A stretch of DNA of 64,000 nucleotides from Selaginella moellendorffii (taxonomy: Eukaryota > Plantae > Lycopodiophyta). The DNA is taken from contig NW_003314388.1 of the NCBI RefSeq assembly GCF_000143415.4, positions 310,001 through 374,000 of the forward strand, in the 5' to 3' direction. Within the stretch, counting starts at the first letter, position 1. Each line of letters opens with the position of its first letter. The position numbers were made by a program, and so were the translations under genes. The notes under the pieces were generated by a model. It did no database searches. It was given only the letters and a program-made list of their open reading frames with translations, and was not told the DNA's origin. Shown in pieces: positions 36,876 through 49,300 of the stretch.

Positions 36876-37884
36876 AATGGGCTAGAACTTGCCATAAACA
36901 GCTAAGGATAATAGAGTGCTTCAAGGAGGATGTTCCAAGACACTCGTAGTCGACCATAAGGAAATCTACTTAAAAAATAACACCTTGTATCGAGATGTTA
37001 ATGCCACATTAGCATTGGAGGAATAGTGTGATTGGCAAAGGTCTTGAACACAATGGAGGAGCACTCAATGATCTCTAGCTATGCTGAAAAGGTATCTTCA
37101 AGAGAGATAATATTACTTATAGAACTAGAGTCAACCAAAACATCCATTGCAAGAGGAAGTGCCAATTTGCACTAGGACGAAGAATGGACCAAGATCTCCA
37201 CCATATTTTGTCATGTTGATGATGTGCACCTCTTGAGGAGTCCTACTGAAAGTGCTCTGTGGTGTTCCTGACCTTGGAAACTCCTCTAAATGCTAGTAGA
37301 ATTCAAGGACAAAGCACAATATTTCTCGGAGCAAAAAGAGTGTCAACTAGTTATTGAAGAACTAGCTCCAAAACATGAATAGCTGTTGATGAGATCCCAG
37401 GAGGAGAGGAGAGTAGTGACTTGAAGGGGAGCTTAAAAGCCACTCACTATATCACTAGATTTAGTGCAAATAGAGATTGTGGTTTGGTGTTTCTATTTGT
37501 AAAGTTCCTCAGTTACCAAAATTGTGTTGATTGATGAAGTTGGTGCTTTGCCTTTGTTTGATGAAAAGGCTGCCTTGATCACTCATTGCTCCAACTACTC
37601 TTAGTATGTCTCTAGACCATGAGATGGTGTGGAGTTGTTAGTGAAGGGATATTGTTGGACACGTTGAAAAGGTGGAGGTTGAAGCACTAGGTGAAGTTTG
37701 AAGTGGCACTATATGCTATGTGTGTTTGTCTCGTAGTGAGTGCACTAATAGGACTTGAATGAATTAGCATTCCCAAGCTGTAGTAGCCTCTTTTCTAGAC
37801 TTCATAAACTCTTAGAGCAGCTTGTCATGGTGTGACTATTGCTAAAGAATGATCACCTTCAACTATTGCATCATGTTGGCAAAG

Positions 37885-38078
37885 TGTAAACAACCAAAGA
37901 GAACAACTTGAGAAATGGTCCATAGGGTTCAAATATAAAGGGAAAGGGCCCATGAACAAAAGTGCACTTTCTTTTCCAATCGGTTAAGGGTCTTGGGATA
38001 GTTGGAGTTAAGTGTCCTTGGGTTTGAATAATACTGGGTTGGGTGACCTCTCAGGAAGTCCAAACTCAGGAGCTTACA
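37885..38078 (+). mobile_element. Cassandra solo LTR (194 bp)
   Basis: Diverged reverse complement of 24628-24821, including the 5S-like segment. No TSD. Confidence 0.9.
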
Positions 38079-40052
38079 TTTCTCAATAGTTAGAGGTGTG
38101 TGTTCAACGGCAATAGGCTTTAGTGGTGATGGGTGAATAGTTGCACAAGGCGTTAAAATCAACTTTAACAATCCCCAAGTTGACAAATAATTCTCTTTCC
38201 AGCTTTATGGCAAATGAAAATGCCTCATAGCAAAACCTGAATGTTTTTTTGAGAAGTTTCCATTGCAAGTTCTCATGCAAACCTACTATAAATGCTATGA
38301 TCCCATGCTGCTTGTCTTGGACCACTCTATGATCCCAACATTGCTTCTAGTACACTTGAAACTAGTGATATAGTCAAGGACAAACTCATGAGCACCCTAC
38401 TGGAATAAAACAAAATCGACAAATAGCCGATTTGTGGGTTTTTCTTTGATGAAATGTTCCTTGAACAAAGCAAGTAGTGTCTGGAAGTCCATTTAGTCCT
38501 CTAGGAGAAGAGAATCTACCCAAGTTGCTAATTTTCCTTCATAAGATTGCAAGAAGTTATAGCATATACAATCATTATCAACAATCATGTTTGTGGTGTA
38601 GTAGTACTCAAAGCAATTGATATGCAATGTTGGAGAAACTATTCCAACACTTAAGAAGGTTGGTAAATCACTCCTCTTTTGCAAAACATGGAGTTGATGT
38701 TGAGCTAAATATGGCTGTGCCATAGCTCATAGATCAGAGTTGCTAGAATCTATTGAGGATGAAGAAAACTCAACTTGAGAAGGTGCTATGTTGTACCTAA
38801 GTTGCCTCTGGATGCTAAAAACTTTACTCCGTACCTTAGGGCCTTGAGGTATAGTAAAAGGGCACTAGTTTGCCATATTCCTAATCTATACTGGCATTAA
38901 ATACTTTGAATACTGCAAATGTTTAGTCAAAGCAACTTAATTGACAGGAGTAATAAGGCTGTAAACTTCTCTAAAGCATAGAAAGAAGAGTCCTCGGCCA
39001 TAATAAATGGCCTAGAATCCTTTGCCTTGTTCACAAGTTGCTCAAAATTGCCCAAAATGCCCGTGATAAAAAGAAATACATTTAAAAATGGAAGGAGATA
39101 TAGGCTGATTGGTAAAAATTGCTTTAGTGTAGCTCTTTTAACATTCCAAGACACACCTTAAAGCATATATAGGAAAGATTACTTATTTCCTAGAAAACCC
39201 TCACCAAAGTTTAGCCTAAAATTGAAAAATGAATACCTTGATCTTGATCCTTCATTATTTTGATTGTAAGTAGGATTGTTGAAAAGAGTTCAACCCCATC
39301 TACCATATTATTCCAAGAATTTGTGATGAAAACACCTCAATATCCTGTGAGATTTAAGAAAAGATAAAGAAAATCATTTTGCATGCCACAAATTCTCTCA
39401 AATCTAGCACCAAGAATCAACCTTGCTGAAAAAAGGAGCTTTAGACCTATCCAATATGCCTAAGATCAAGCAAATCTGCTGTTAGAAAAACAAAAAATTT
39501 CTCCTCAAAGTTTACGGCCAAAAGGAAAAGATAGAAATGACACCTTTGAAAGCTATACTCATCATTTCAGGTTCACTATTTGTTAGGGGAATGAGAAGGT
39601 GCTCTTCTAACACTTGCTCAAACATGAGAAATACTTCAATGCTTTCCATAAATACCCCTCTGGGGCAAAGGTTTCATGCAAAGAAGATGAGGAATAATCT
39701 AGGAATATAGCCATGCTTGACAATTTAATAACATAGTTCCTTCAAATTTTTAAGTGTTCTCACTTGACAAAATCAATTTATAATCATGCATGCCCCATGT
39801 TTTGCCCCATGGGCCCCTCTTGAAGTTAACATCTTCAACTAAAGTTTTTACTCCTCTAATCCCACTTAATAAGTCACATAATTAATGTAACATAGTTTTT
39901 TGTATAAGTTTGAAAGTCCTCAAACATTAACTTTCATTCAAAGCCATTTTTTTTAACATAAGGGAACTAGTTAACATATGCTCTAGATTAAAATGAAAGA
40001 TCAAAGATTGCATCATAGGGCTTTCTCTTTTTGGCACGCCATACACATGTAG

Positions 40053-40889
40053 AAGAAGCACAATTATTACACAATTTGCAATTTCATAATGCCAAAGAAG
40101 GATCTCTTTTGTGTTCAACAACAGTGGATGATGGTTAGTGTTTTCTTTTCTTCTTCTCTTCCAGACTGACTTTGTGGCTTTCGAAAATGATAGCTTTGAA
40201 ATTGCTCGTGGACAATCGCATTACTGGGCTTCCAGTTACAGACAAGGACAGAAAGCTGGTCAGTCTCGCCATCTCTTTCTTGAAGCTCATAGATCTGAAA
40301 GCCAAATCTCTCGCAGGTTGGAGTTGTATCAGACTACAATTTACTAGCTCTTGATTCTATCTTGGGTAAGCCAGAGCTCCAAGGTTTTTCTTATGAATTT
40401 CTCAATCTCAGGGAAGAGGCCATCAAGCAACAGTTTGTTCCCCGAGGCAGGAAGTACATGGAAGGTGAGCAAAACTTTCTAGAGTTAGCTTTTTTCTTTC
40501 TTTCAGGCCTTCAAAGAGATCCAACACCTTCTCACCAAAATCCAAGGCAAGACTGTGGGAGATTTGATGACTCCCTTGCCGCTGGTGGTTCGAGTGGACA
40601 TGAACATTTAAGACGCAGCCAGGTAGCTTCAAACGTTTCTGCCATACTCGATAGAAATTTCGCTAAAACTTCTTGGTTTTCCTTTGGATCCAAGGATATT
40701 GCTTGACACCAAGTACCAGAGGCTTCCTGTTGTGGACGAGTCTGGAAACCTGGTAACGAAGAATTAGATTTGCTTGATTGTGAGAATTCTTTCGTAAACT
40801 TCCAGGTCGGTTTGATCACGAGAGGCAACGTTGTTCGAGCAGCATTACAAGTCAAGTGTGCTGCCGAGGAAAATACTTCCAGCTCGTGA
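40053..40889 (+). pseudogene. CBSX duplicate pseudogene
   Basis: Exon 1 is deleted and there is a GAA>TAA stop at 40609. Confidence 0.88.
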
Positions 40890-41045
40890 CGAAGAAAAAA
40901 ATTTATTCTCGGAATCATCCAAGAAGATTCACATTCATTTGTTCTCTCTACGGCCAATTCTTTGTATTTCTATTTGGTAACATCTTAAACGAAGTTCCTA
41001 GAATTTGGATTTAAAAGTTGTTTTTATCTCTTTGTACAATGTGAT

Positions 41046-43820
41046 TCAACTCCCACCACCACAGCCACCGCACCCGCAGCCACCACCGCCTCCACCACCT
41101 CCTCCACAACCTCCTCCTCCACCTCCTGCTCCACCACATCGCCACAATACGAACCTCCTCCCCTCCTGCTCCACCACATCGCCACAATACGAACCACCTC
41201 CATCATACCAGCACTGGCCTGAACCACCAAAACCATGACCACCGTCGCCTCCGCCCTCTCCCCTGCCCTCTCCGCCACCACCTTCAATCACCTTGCTGCA
41301 ACGGCGATCAATCGTCACAGCACCTGGTCAGGCAGCAATGTTCTTAGTATTTGGGTGCAAAATATTCGTTTCTCACTCCAATGATCTTGTTCTTCTTCTG
41401 AGACGATCACTCGTTTACTCCTCATCGTCCACGAAGGAATGGCTTTGCCGAGCATATCGGACACGGACATGCTTATGGTTGCCGACAAAAGAAGCACAAG
41501 CAGCACATCCTCGTTGGGATCAATCTGGAAGTAAGCTTTCATTTACGGTTTCTTAGAATGAGATAGATCGAGCTTTACCTGCATGCCTCCAGACCGCCAG
41601 TTGAAAAGAGCTGTCGCCTTGCCTTGAGGAGCGTCTCTTGTGAATCTCACCATTGTCACAAACCACGCTTCCTGTCGGTCAGATGCACCAGGAACAGCAA
41701 AGTCCAGGTGACGACCCGAGAAGAGCATGATCTACAATCAAGTTTTCCAGAGAATCAGCCATCTGTACCACTGTATAATCTCACTAACTCACCGGACAGT
41801 TGTGGGATTTCATTTCAACGTGGAGCTGTGGTCTCATGTTCCAGTGCTTATCCTTCACATTTCTGTCCACAGTTAAAATAGCCTTCCCGTTCTGCAGAGA
41901 CCATCTCCTAGATTCCAAAGATGGTTTCTCCAGTTGCCACGCAGATCCCAGAATTTCACCTGAGAAAGAAAAAACATTTTGTCGATCCAAAAGATTTGTT
42001 GCTTTTGCCATACCGTTTACAGAGCCAGTGTTATAAGAACCTTTGTATGTCCACCCTCCTTTGTGAGCGTGCACAACTTTATCAGTGTCTGGAATGCTTC
42101 TTAGCCAAAACCCTCCACGCTTGTATCTACAAGAAAAGTTACTGCATCAGCCTGAAAAAAAGTGGAAGGCTTGATCACAGCGTACAAACCTGCAAACGCA
42201 CAACGAAGGATTCGACTCTGGCATGGTCGAAAACGTTCCTTGTTATCCACATGCTTTCGCGGTTACTGTCGTGAGTGGCACTGTCGTCTCCCGTGTCTCT
42301 CACTCTCACGCTTCTAAAGAGATAAGGCGCAGTGACTGGAGAAGTAACGGAGATGTAAACCAGCACCGACACTTGTCGGTCCTCCTGGAATGGAAACCAG
42401 CCGCCGAGTGATTGTGTTTCCGAACGGATGACATTTATCCATGGAATCACGAGCCGGCCCACAGTTCTGGATATCAAAACCCGCCTCCGTCGAACTGCTA
42501 GCACCAGTCCTTCGGTGGAGAGTTCAGCCGTCATGACTGACACTACGTTCTGCTGAGAGGCAGCCTTCACTCGTTGGCTTTCGAGCTTCAGAAACTTTTG
42601 ATGGTTTAACGAGCTGACCACATAGGAGATGGTCTTGTCGTCTGGCAAACCTCTAGTACCTCGCACGGAGAGATGAACCTACAGAAATCGATCGGATCCG
42701 GCGAGATTGACAACAAATCTGCAAACTCAAATACCTGAATGGTCTTTCGCTCAGCCAAGTGATCGTCGTTTTTACTAGCAAGCCTAGCGAGCTTGGTTGG
42801 ATCATAAGCAGGTGTTCCTGGAATGGATACTGGTGGCTCCCCTCTATACATGCAGCCTGCTTTCTCGTATGGAAGGCCATACGTGTCTTCCCACATAGAT
42901 CGAGTTTTTGTGAATCCATTGTCCAGTTTCCCTCCAGAACCTCGGTTGCTATCTGTGTCGTCATGCTCGAAGATGCTTCCCAGTACCTGTGTGAGATCGT
43001 TGTGGTAGCTCACAGTGTGAAGCTGATGAGTATGCCATATCAAATCAATGTCGTAAGTGGGAACGAAAAACGTTGATGTGCCAGACGTGCGTATGAGATG
43101 GAGAAATGCCTTGTAACGTGCAGCTGCAGCTAGCAAGAAGCTCTCATCCAGGTAATGCGGATCAGAAACCTGCATACTTAAAGTTGAGTTTGCTTTCAAG
43201 AAAAGATCACCACTTGCCTGATAGTAGAAACTTTTCTGCCTGAGAGCCGCTTCTGCCAAGTCATAAGAGATATTGGTTGCTCTTTCGGTATATCTTCTTG
43301 TCACGTCTCCACCGTAAATGTCTAGAGTGTATGGTTCGTCCCGGAAATTCGAAGCCCAGGTATTGGCGCTTTGCTGGAGATCGCTTTCGTGTCTCGCCAA
43401 AGATGGTCCGGCCACAATCTTACCGAACAATCTCTTACAGTCCTCAGCATATTGAACCTAGTCAGAGAGGTTACTTCAGCAAACAGAAAATGAATGGTTA
43501 CACTTACAGGATTCAAGCGATGGCAATGGAAGAATTTGCTAGCAGCGGAAGGCAGCAGTACTGGTATCTAGAATCCAAGAAGAAATCAGAAAACTAGATG
43601 AAGCAAGTAATTAATATCTCACCTCTCGATTGCCCTTCCTAAAACAGGCCCCTCAAACAGTCTGAAGTTGCCATGTACCAGGAAAAGAAACTCCAACTGT
43701 GATTTTGCAGCTCATACCACATCGAGAGACACCGCAACTTCTGCAGCTTTGGACCATTCATTCAGTTGATTCTCGGCTTTGTGCCATTCATTCAGTTGAT
43801 TCTCGGAAAGGGAAGCCCTT
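41046..43820 (-). pseudogene. GRDP duplicate pseudogene
   Basis: Highly similar to copy A, but the start ATG is lost. It has a 40-bp deletion removing PPLDCNWIW (about 43528), a 1-bp insertion near 42194 and a shortened Gly tail. Confidence 0.88.
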
Positions 43821-43901
43821 GTTGTTGTCCGTGAGTCGAGCACAAGGTTTGGTCTCCTTAAATTCTCGGGAAGAAACTGACTCTTCCAAGGACGTAGAGT
43901 G

Positions 43902-44029
43902 TGTTGTATTATGAAACGGTGTTTTGTTATATTATGACGGTTGATACATGGTTAAATGTATGGGTTTATCGTGACGATCCGTGGCGGCGTCTGGATCGCT
44001 CACGGGGCTGTGTGCTGACGTGGTCCACA
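43902..44029. mobile_element. 128-bp solo LTR-like insertion
   Basis: TG..CA ends, TSD GAGTG, and absent from copy A (about 22860). Confidence 0.75.
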
Positions 44030-46304
44030 GAGTGTTAAAAAATTCGATGTGTCTTGAAGAATTCACGCGAGCCGCGTCTAGAAAGTCTCAAGATCCAGCA
44101 GACTAGCGAGGCAGGATCGTCGAACTTGCTTTTGTCGTCAAGCCGTTTTTACCAAGACTTCAGAAAAAAAAATTATCGTCCGCCCCACGGGGATGTGCAT
44201 CCACGTTGCCCTGCTAAAAACATTCAAAATCAGCAGATAGTTCAGATGCAACTGTACTCTCAAGGGAAATCCACGTCCTTTAGAGCCAAGAGAAGCTCAA
44301 AGAGAGGAACAAGAAGTACTCTTCCATGTCCACTTACACTCGCTACTTCGTGCCTAGGCAGTAAAAACACACAGAACTAGAGATTGTTTCACAGCCAGCA
44401 ATTTTCGTCACCATGGAGGATGAATGCAGAGAACACATCCGACCTGTAGATCGGGAGAAAGGCTGTCGAAAATAGCAGTGACGACTTGCAAGGACTCCAG
44501 AACCTCGCACTTTGTGGACGTGAGATGTGCCTCAAATGATGGCATGACCAGTGCTGTGTGATATGGTGTGTTATTTGTAAACTGGTGGTGCTGTGTGATA
44601 TGGTAAAAAGGTCTATACTACACAATATTGCATCTGCCATGTGGTTATATTTCATTGACCTGCCATAATTATGTTGCTCAAGAATGGTCACATGCCTATC
44701 ATAGTATGGCCAATGACACATATTGAGTTTGTTGTTGGGCTAAAAAAAATGGCAAAACCTCTAAAATCTAGGAAATTTTGGAATTTTTACAATCAAATGC
44801 TTACTCTTAACAAGAAATTACACCTTTCTTAGAGGAAATCTAAGAGGTTAATAAAATTTAGTGGACAAGTCTTTACACCTAACTTAGTGGTAGTATTGGC
44901 AAGTATGATTGTAAAATGAGAGGGATTTAGTAGGGATCAAAAAAGGGATATTAAGGGATGTCATTCCTTTATATATTAAAGCATTTTAAAGATGCTAAAG
45001 TGTAGTTATAAGATGACTATTCATAGATAGATAATCAAATACAAGACCATAGTATTGGTGGAATTGGACCAATAAGAATGAATATTGCTTTAGTGTAAAA
45101 GGTTGATATGTCAATGATATTTATAAGTGTTTAAAATAAGATTAGACATATAGAACACATACACCAAGTTCACCACTAATGTCTAGCAAGTACCTCAAAT
45201 TAATTTAGGATATATTGAGGTGGTGAGTGGAACTCTTCCAAGTGGTCATAGTTAAGTAAAATGAAAAATTTAATTTCTTAAAAAATTTAGTTGTTTTAAT
45301 GGTAACATCTGAAAGATGATAGAGCAAGATGAAGAATATAATCATAAATGCTCAATACAATTTCAATTTTAAGGGTAAAAATATACTTTATTCAAAAGGA
45401 TATATTATAGTCTAAGTAGCTACTAATAAATAAAAATTTATATGTAATGCTTTCTCCCTTTCAGCCAATTGGAAAAAGAGGCAATTATTTAATAAAAGAG
45501 GTTTAATAGTTATTTTATCCCCATTTATCACCAAAAGTTCTAAGAATGTATGATGATAGTATCTAAATCTCATCTCATGATCATATGCATTACATATATT
45601 ATACACGCTTGGATGATATACAATTACATCTCACCATTTCTGATGTTGATGAAGGAGCCTATGAAGAAATTGATAATCACCATATTAGGCTAGCACTAAA
45701 AACCCCTAAAAAAATACTGTATGAATAAAATATATTAATATATAATATTTACTACTTTTTAATATAGTTCATGAAATGTAATATAGTTTATTATTTGTTA
45801 TAACAGTTATGATAAAATTTTTATTCTCTATAGAGTCTATAAGGTAGTTTTCTAGAAACAAGTTTAGAAAAACTGATATAAAAAAATATCTTTTCAAACT
45901 TTATTACATTAATATTTTATGCTGAATAAAGAATATTTTTAATTATATAAATTTAAAATTTAGCACTTATAAGTTTTATAAATAATTAATTTGGAAAAGG
46001 TATAAAGAGCTCCAAGTGTTTTATATATCTAAATCTTCTATTTCAATTTTAAGAGATTTTGAAAATTTGATAGATTATTCTTCATAAATGATTCTAGCTT
46101 ACCATTGTTGAGGTTTTAAATCTATATGAGAAAGAGTAATATATGTTCTAAAATCCCAAAATTTAATAGGTATTGATTTCATATTTCATATATAAGTGAC
46201 ACTTAAACTAAAACTTAAGCTTACATTTTCTCTTATAGGATTTGTTTCTCTTATAATTTGTTGTTTGTTGTTTAAACTCAAAGTCTCTTTATATATATAG
46301 ACTT

Positions 46305-49300
46305 TGAGGGGGGCTGTAGAGGGTTCAAAAGTATAGTAGGGAGAATGTGAGGGTTGGACCCTAGTGGAGTTAGTTTGGCTAAGAAAGGCTAGTTTGGCCC
46401 ACTCAGGTGTTAGGTGATGAGATATTGTCGCGCATGTGACTTTGGGTATCGAAAGTTACCTGTCGACCAGTCCTTATGGACACTCTTACCTTACTGCCAG
46501 GATGGCAGGAGATCGGTATTGCTGGTTCCCTTTATCAGCCCCTCTTGTTCAAGTGTTAGTTTACTGGGCTTAGCATCTGTACTTAGCCAGATGGACATAA
46601 GGTAGGAACTCCTATGTGTTTCTAGCTGAGCATACTCGACCTGGCTCTTAGTTGTCTTTTGCTCTGTCTTGCACTGGCTTGACAAGAACCCTCGCATATT
46701 GAGATTGGTCCCTCAATATCGCCGAATGATAGCTTACTGTGTCTGCCAAACACCCTCGCTATCATGCCCTTTGTGTTGGTCTCATTTCGGTCCCAAATAC
46801 TATTTATGGAAAGTGTCTAGATTTGCTCATTTGGCATATCTACGGAATGTAGAGATCGTCCTGAACACAATGGTGTTCATCTCGTGTCCAAATTCGCAAT
46901 TTAGGGACACTCCATATTTAGTAAGTTTTGAGCTTGTCCCAGAGACTAACTCCTGATACTAAGGGAGGCTTGGGGTGAAAGCCTAAAGCATGTGTTCCTC
47001 AAGGGGGGGGGGGGGCTGTGGGGGGTTCTAAATGTATAGTAGGGATAGTGGGTAGGTCGGGCATGGCCGACCAACCTGAGGCATAGTCTAGCTCCCGCTT
47101 GTGTGCCTGTCCTTGTTCTGCGTCCGGCTTGGGTCTAAGCCCAAGTTCCATTCCATGCTAGCTGGTGGAGTACCCATATCCTCACGTTAGGCCACCGGTA
47201 TGCCGAAATAGCACCAGACTCCGTTTGGCTCCGTTTTGCGTGCTGGTCCTGGCATTGGGATGCTGGTTGCTCTAGGACTATTCCAAGTCACTCCGGGCCC
47301 CTGTCCCTTCGCTCCTTCGGCTGTACGCTCGGGAGTTGCTCCGTGGTTCGGTTCCGTCACTCCTTGGCTCCATGCTTGGGAGTTTGGCACCGTTCCTTCG
47401 TTCAGTGGCCAAGGCCCTGAACCTCGGGTTCCACACCACGGTCCTTTAGACACATGGCATGTGACATGTGGCATCTGTCATGTGGCACAAAGGGTTTAGG
47501 TTCCGCTTCGTGGTGTTATCCTATGGTAAATCACCATAGGATAAAGGGTAAAAACCACGTGCGCTACATTTGGTATCAGAGGATGAGTCTCAGCGAGTAC
47601 TATTCAATGAGATTGGGCAACTAGTCTCGTTGCATACGCAGAGATGAAAATGATGATCCGAGTGGGTACACGTTTTGGTGCAAAGACTTCGCAATCGTTC
47701 CTTGGGTATGGATTTGGTTGCCTTCTTGTACCGTAATTATGTGAGCTTGCTCTTGGGCTCATAAGATGGATTTGAGTTGTTCCAGTAGCACGAGTTTGCG
47801 CTTGGGCTCGTGAGTGAGGCACATTAGCAACTCAAGGTTGCACTTTGAGTTGGCAGGATTAATGTTAGCCTATTGGTGGTTCCATGAGTGGTTCCAGTGG
47901 TTCCATGAGTTATTCCTTGTACCATGGGTGAAAGCAAACCTACTTGGGTTTGCTATGAGTGGCAAATAGGCTGGTCCGTAGTTGTTTAGTGCGGCACTAG
48001 TGGATCCTTCCTAGGCATGATTATAAGTGGATCAATCAAGACTATAGGGATTAGTCTATTGGTTCAAGTAGTCATGGCCGTGCTCTCTCATAAACTTTTC
48101 TTCGATTGAACTGAAGGCAGTGTGAAAGCAAGCTTGAGGTTTGGTCAAAGATGAGACCGAAAAGAGAGTCATCGGGGACAGAAGGATCAAATACATAAAT
48201 CATTTTCTCTTCTTGGAGAGATGATTTGCAACGAGGTGTTAACTCATTGCTTGTGTTCACATCATGCAATCAAGAGTCCCTATCTTGATGCATGTTGAAG
48301 ATGGTGGTCTTACAATGGTGAGTTGTGGGATGGATAGCGGTGAAGCGCTAAACCATTTTGTTTAAGCTTGCTATTGGAAGACTTGGGTTGCAATGCTCGA
48401 TTCTTTTCTAGGGAACCTTGCTATTGCTCTTTGAATAGCTTGGTGTTGGATTAGTTTTGAGATTGGTTGGATAGAGAGTGGCATGTGCTTGTCCGTGTTG
48501 TGAACAAAAGTTAGCAATGTTGGGTGTTGTAAATCTTTATTGGTGGAGTGTGGCATTTATGTTGCATTTTGTCGAATTGAGTTGGCACTTGATACTCACA
48601 TAAACCTTTGAAGTAATGACATTGGCATTTCTCGTGGTGTTGCTCAATCGATGATCAAGTCATTGTGATTTCTATATCATATCCATGTGATAATGAGCAA
48701 TGTGTTTACGAAGTTGCTTGGTTAAATGATGATCAACCCCAAAGTGGTTGATGGAGAAGCTAGTCTACTTGCACGAAGTAGCATTGTAGTAGCTTTGACT
48801 GAATTCTCGGAGATGGTCCATTATGCTAAACTTAAGTTGGTACCTTGTTTCCTTGAGTTTGCCCATTAGGTGTTGGAAAAGGGTTATAGCATTCACTTGC
48901 TATGACTTGTCGGTTGATCCGTTAGCATTTGGAGTAGATTGTTGGATGGAGAAGATGTATAGTTGGGACATTGACATCACTAACACTTGTGTTAGTGGAA
49001 GTGGCATTGTTATTTCAAGTGATGAGGAATTTTCCTTGGACCTTGATTTTCCGTGTCATTTTTCTTGTTAGTGTTTCGGCTTCACATTAGATCTTGAAGG
49101 TGATTGAAGAAGAATGTTAGTGTAATGTGGATATCCAAAGATGTGGTCTTCGTGATCAAGCCTTGGATGTTCATTTTGCACTTTGCGAATGTCAGTGTTG
49201 GATGTCGGTTATATGGGCAAAGATGTTCGATGCTTAAACATGTTGTTCGATCATGAGAATTTGTGTTGAGGTGAGCCTATATGAAGTTGTTGGTAGAAGG

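Larger units (their letters stand above)
34610..39300 (-). mobile_element. Decayed Tat-like Ty3/Gypsy remnant (gag-like, RT-like, additional RNase H)
   Basis: MITAYFDN...SANEVKYLAII..MKL...IRDAQLIIYQL at about 34750-35000 resembles the Tat 'archaeal' RNase H. RT-like remnants lie at about 35620-35950 and gag-like remnants at about 38100-38700. Boundaries are approximate. Confidence 0.6.
34312..46275. repeat. Segmental tandem duplication, copy B (pseudogenised; about 5.4-kb TE block inserted at 34606-39974)
   Basis: 34312-34605 matches 18102-18416, 39975-44545 matches 18417-23402, and about 44550-46275 matches 24255-24390 plus 32096-34170. Confidence 0.85.
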
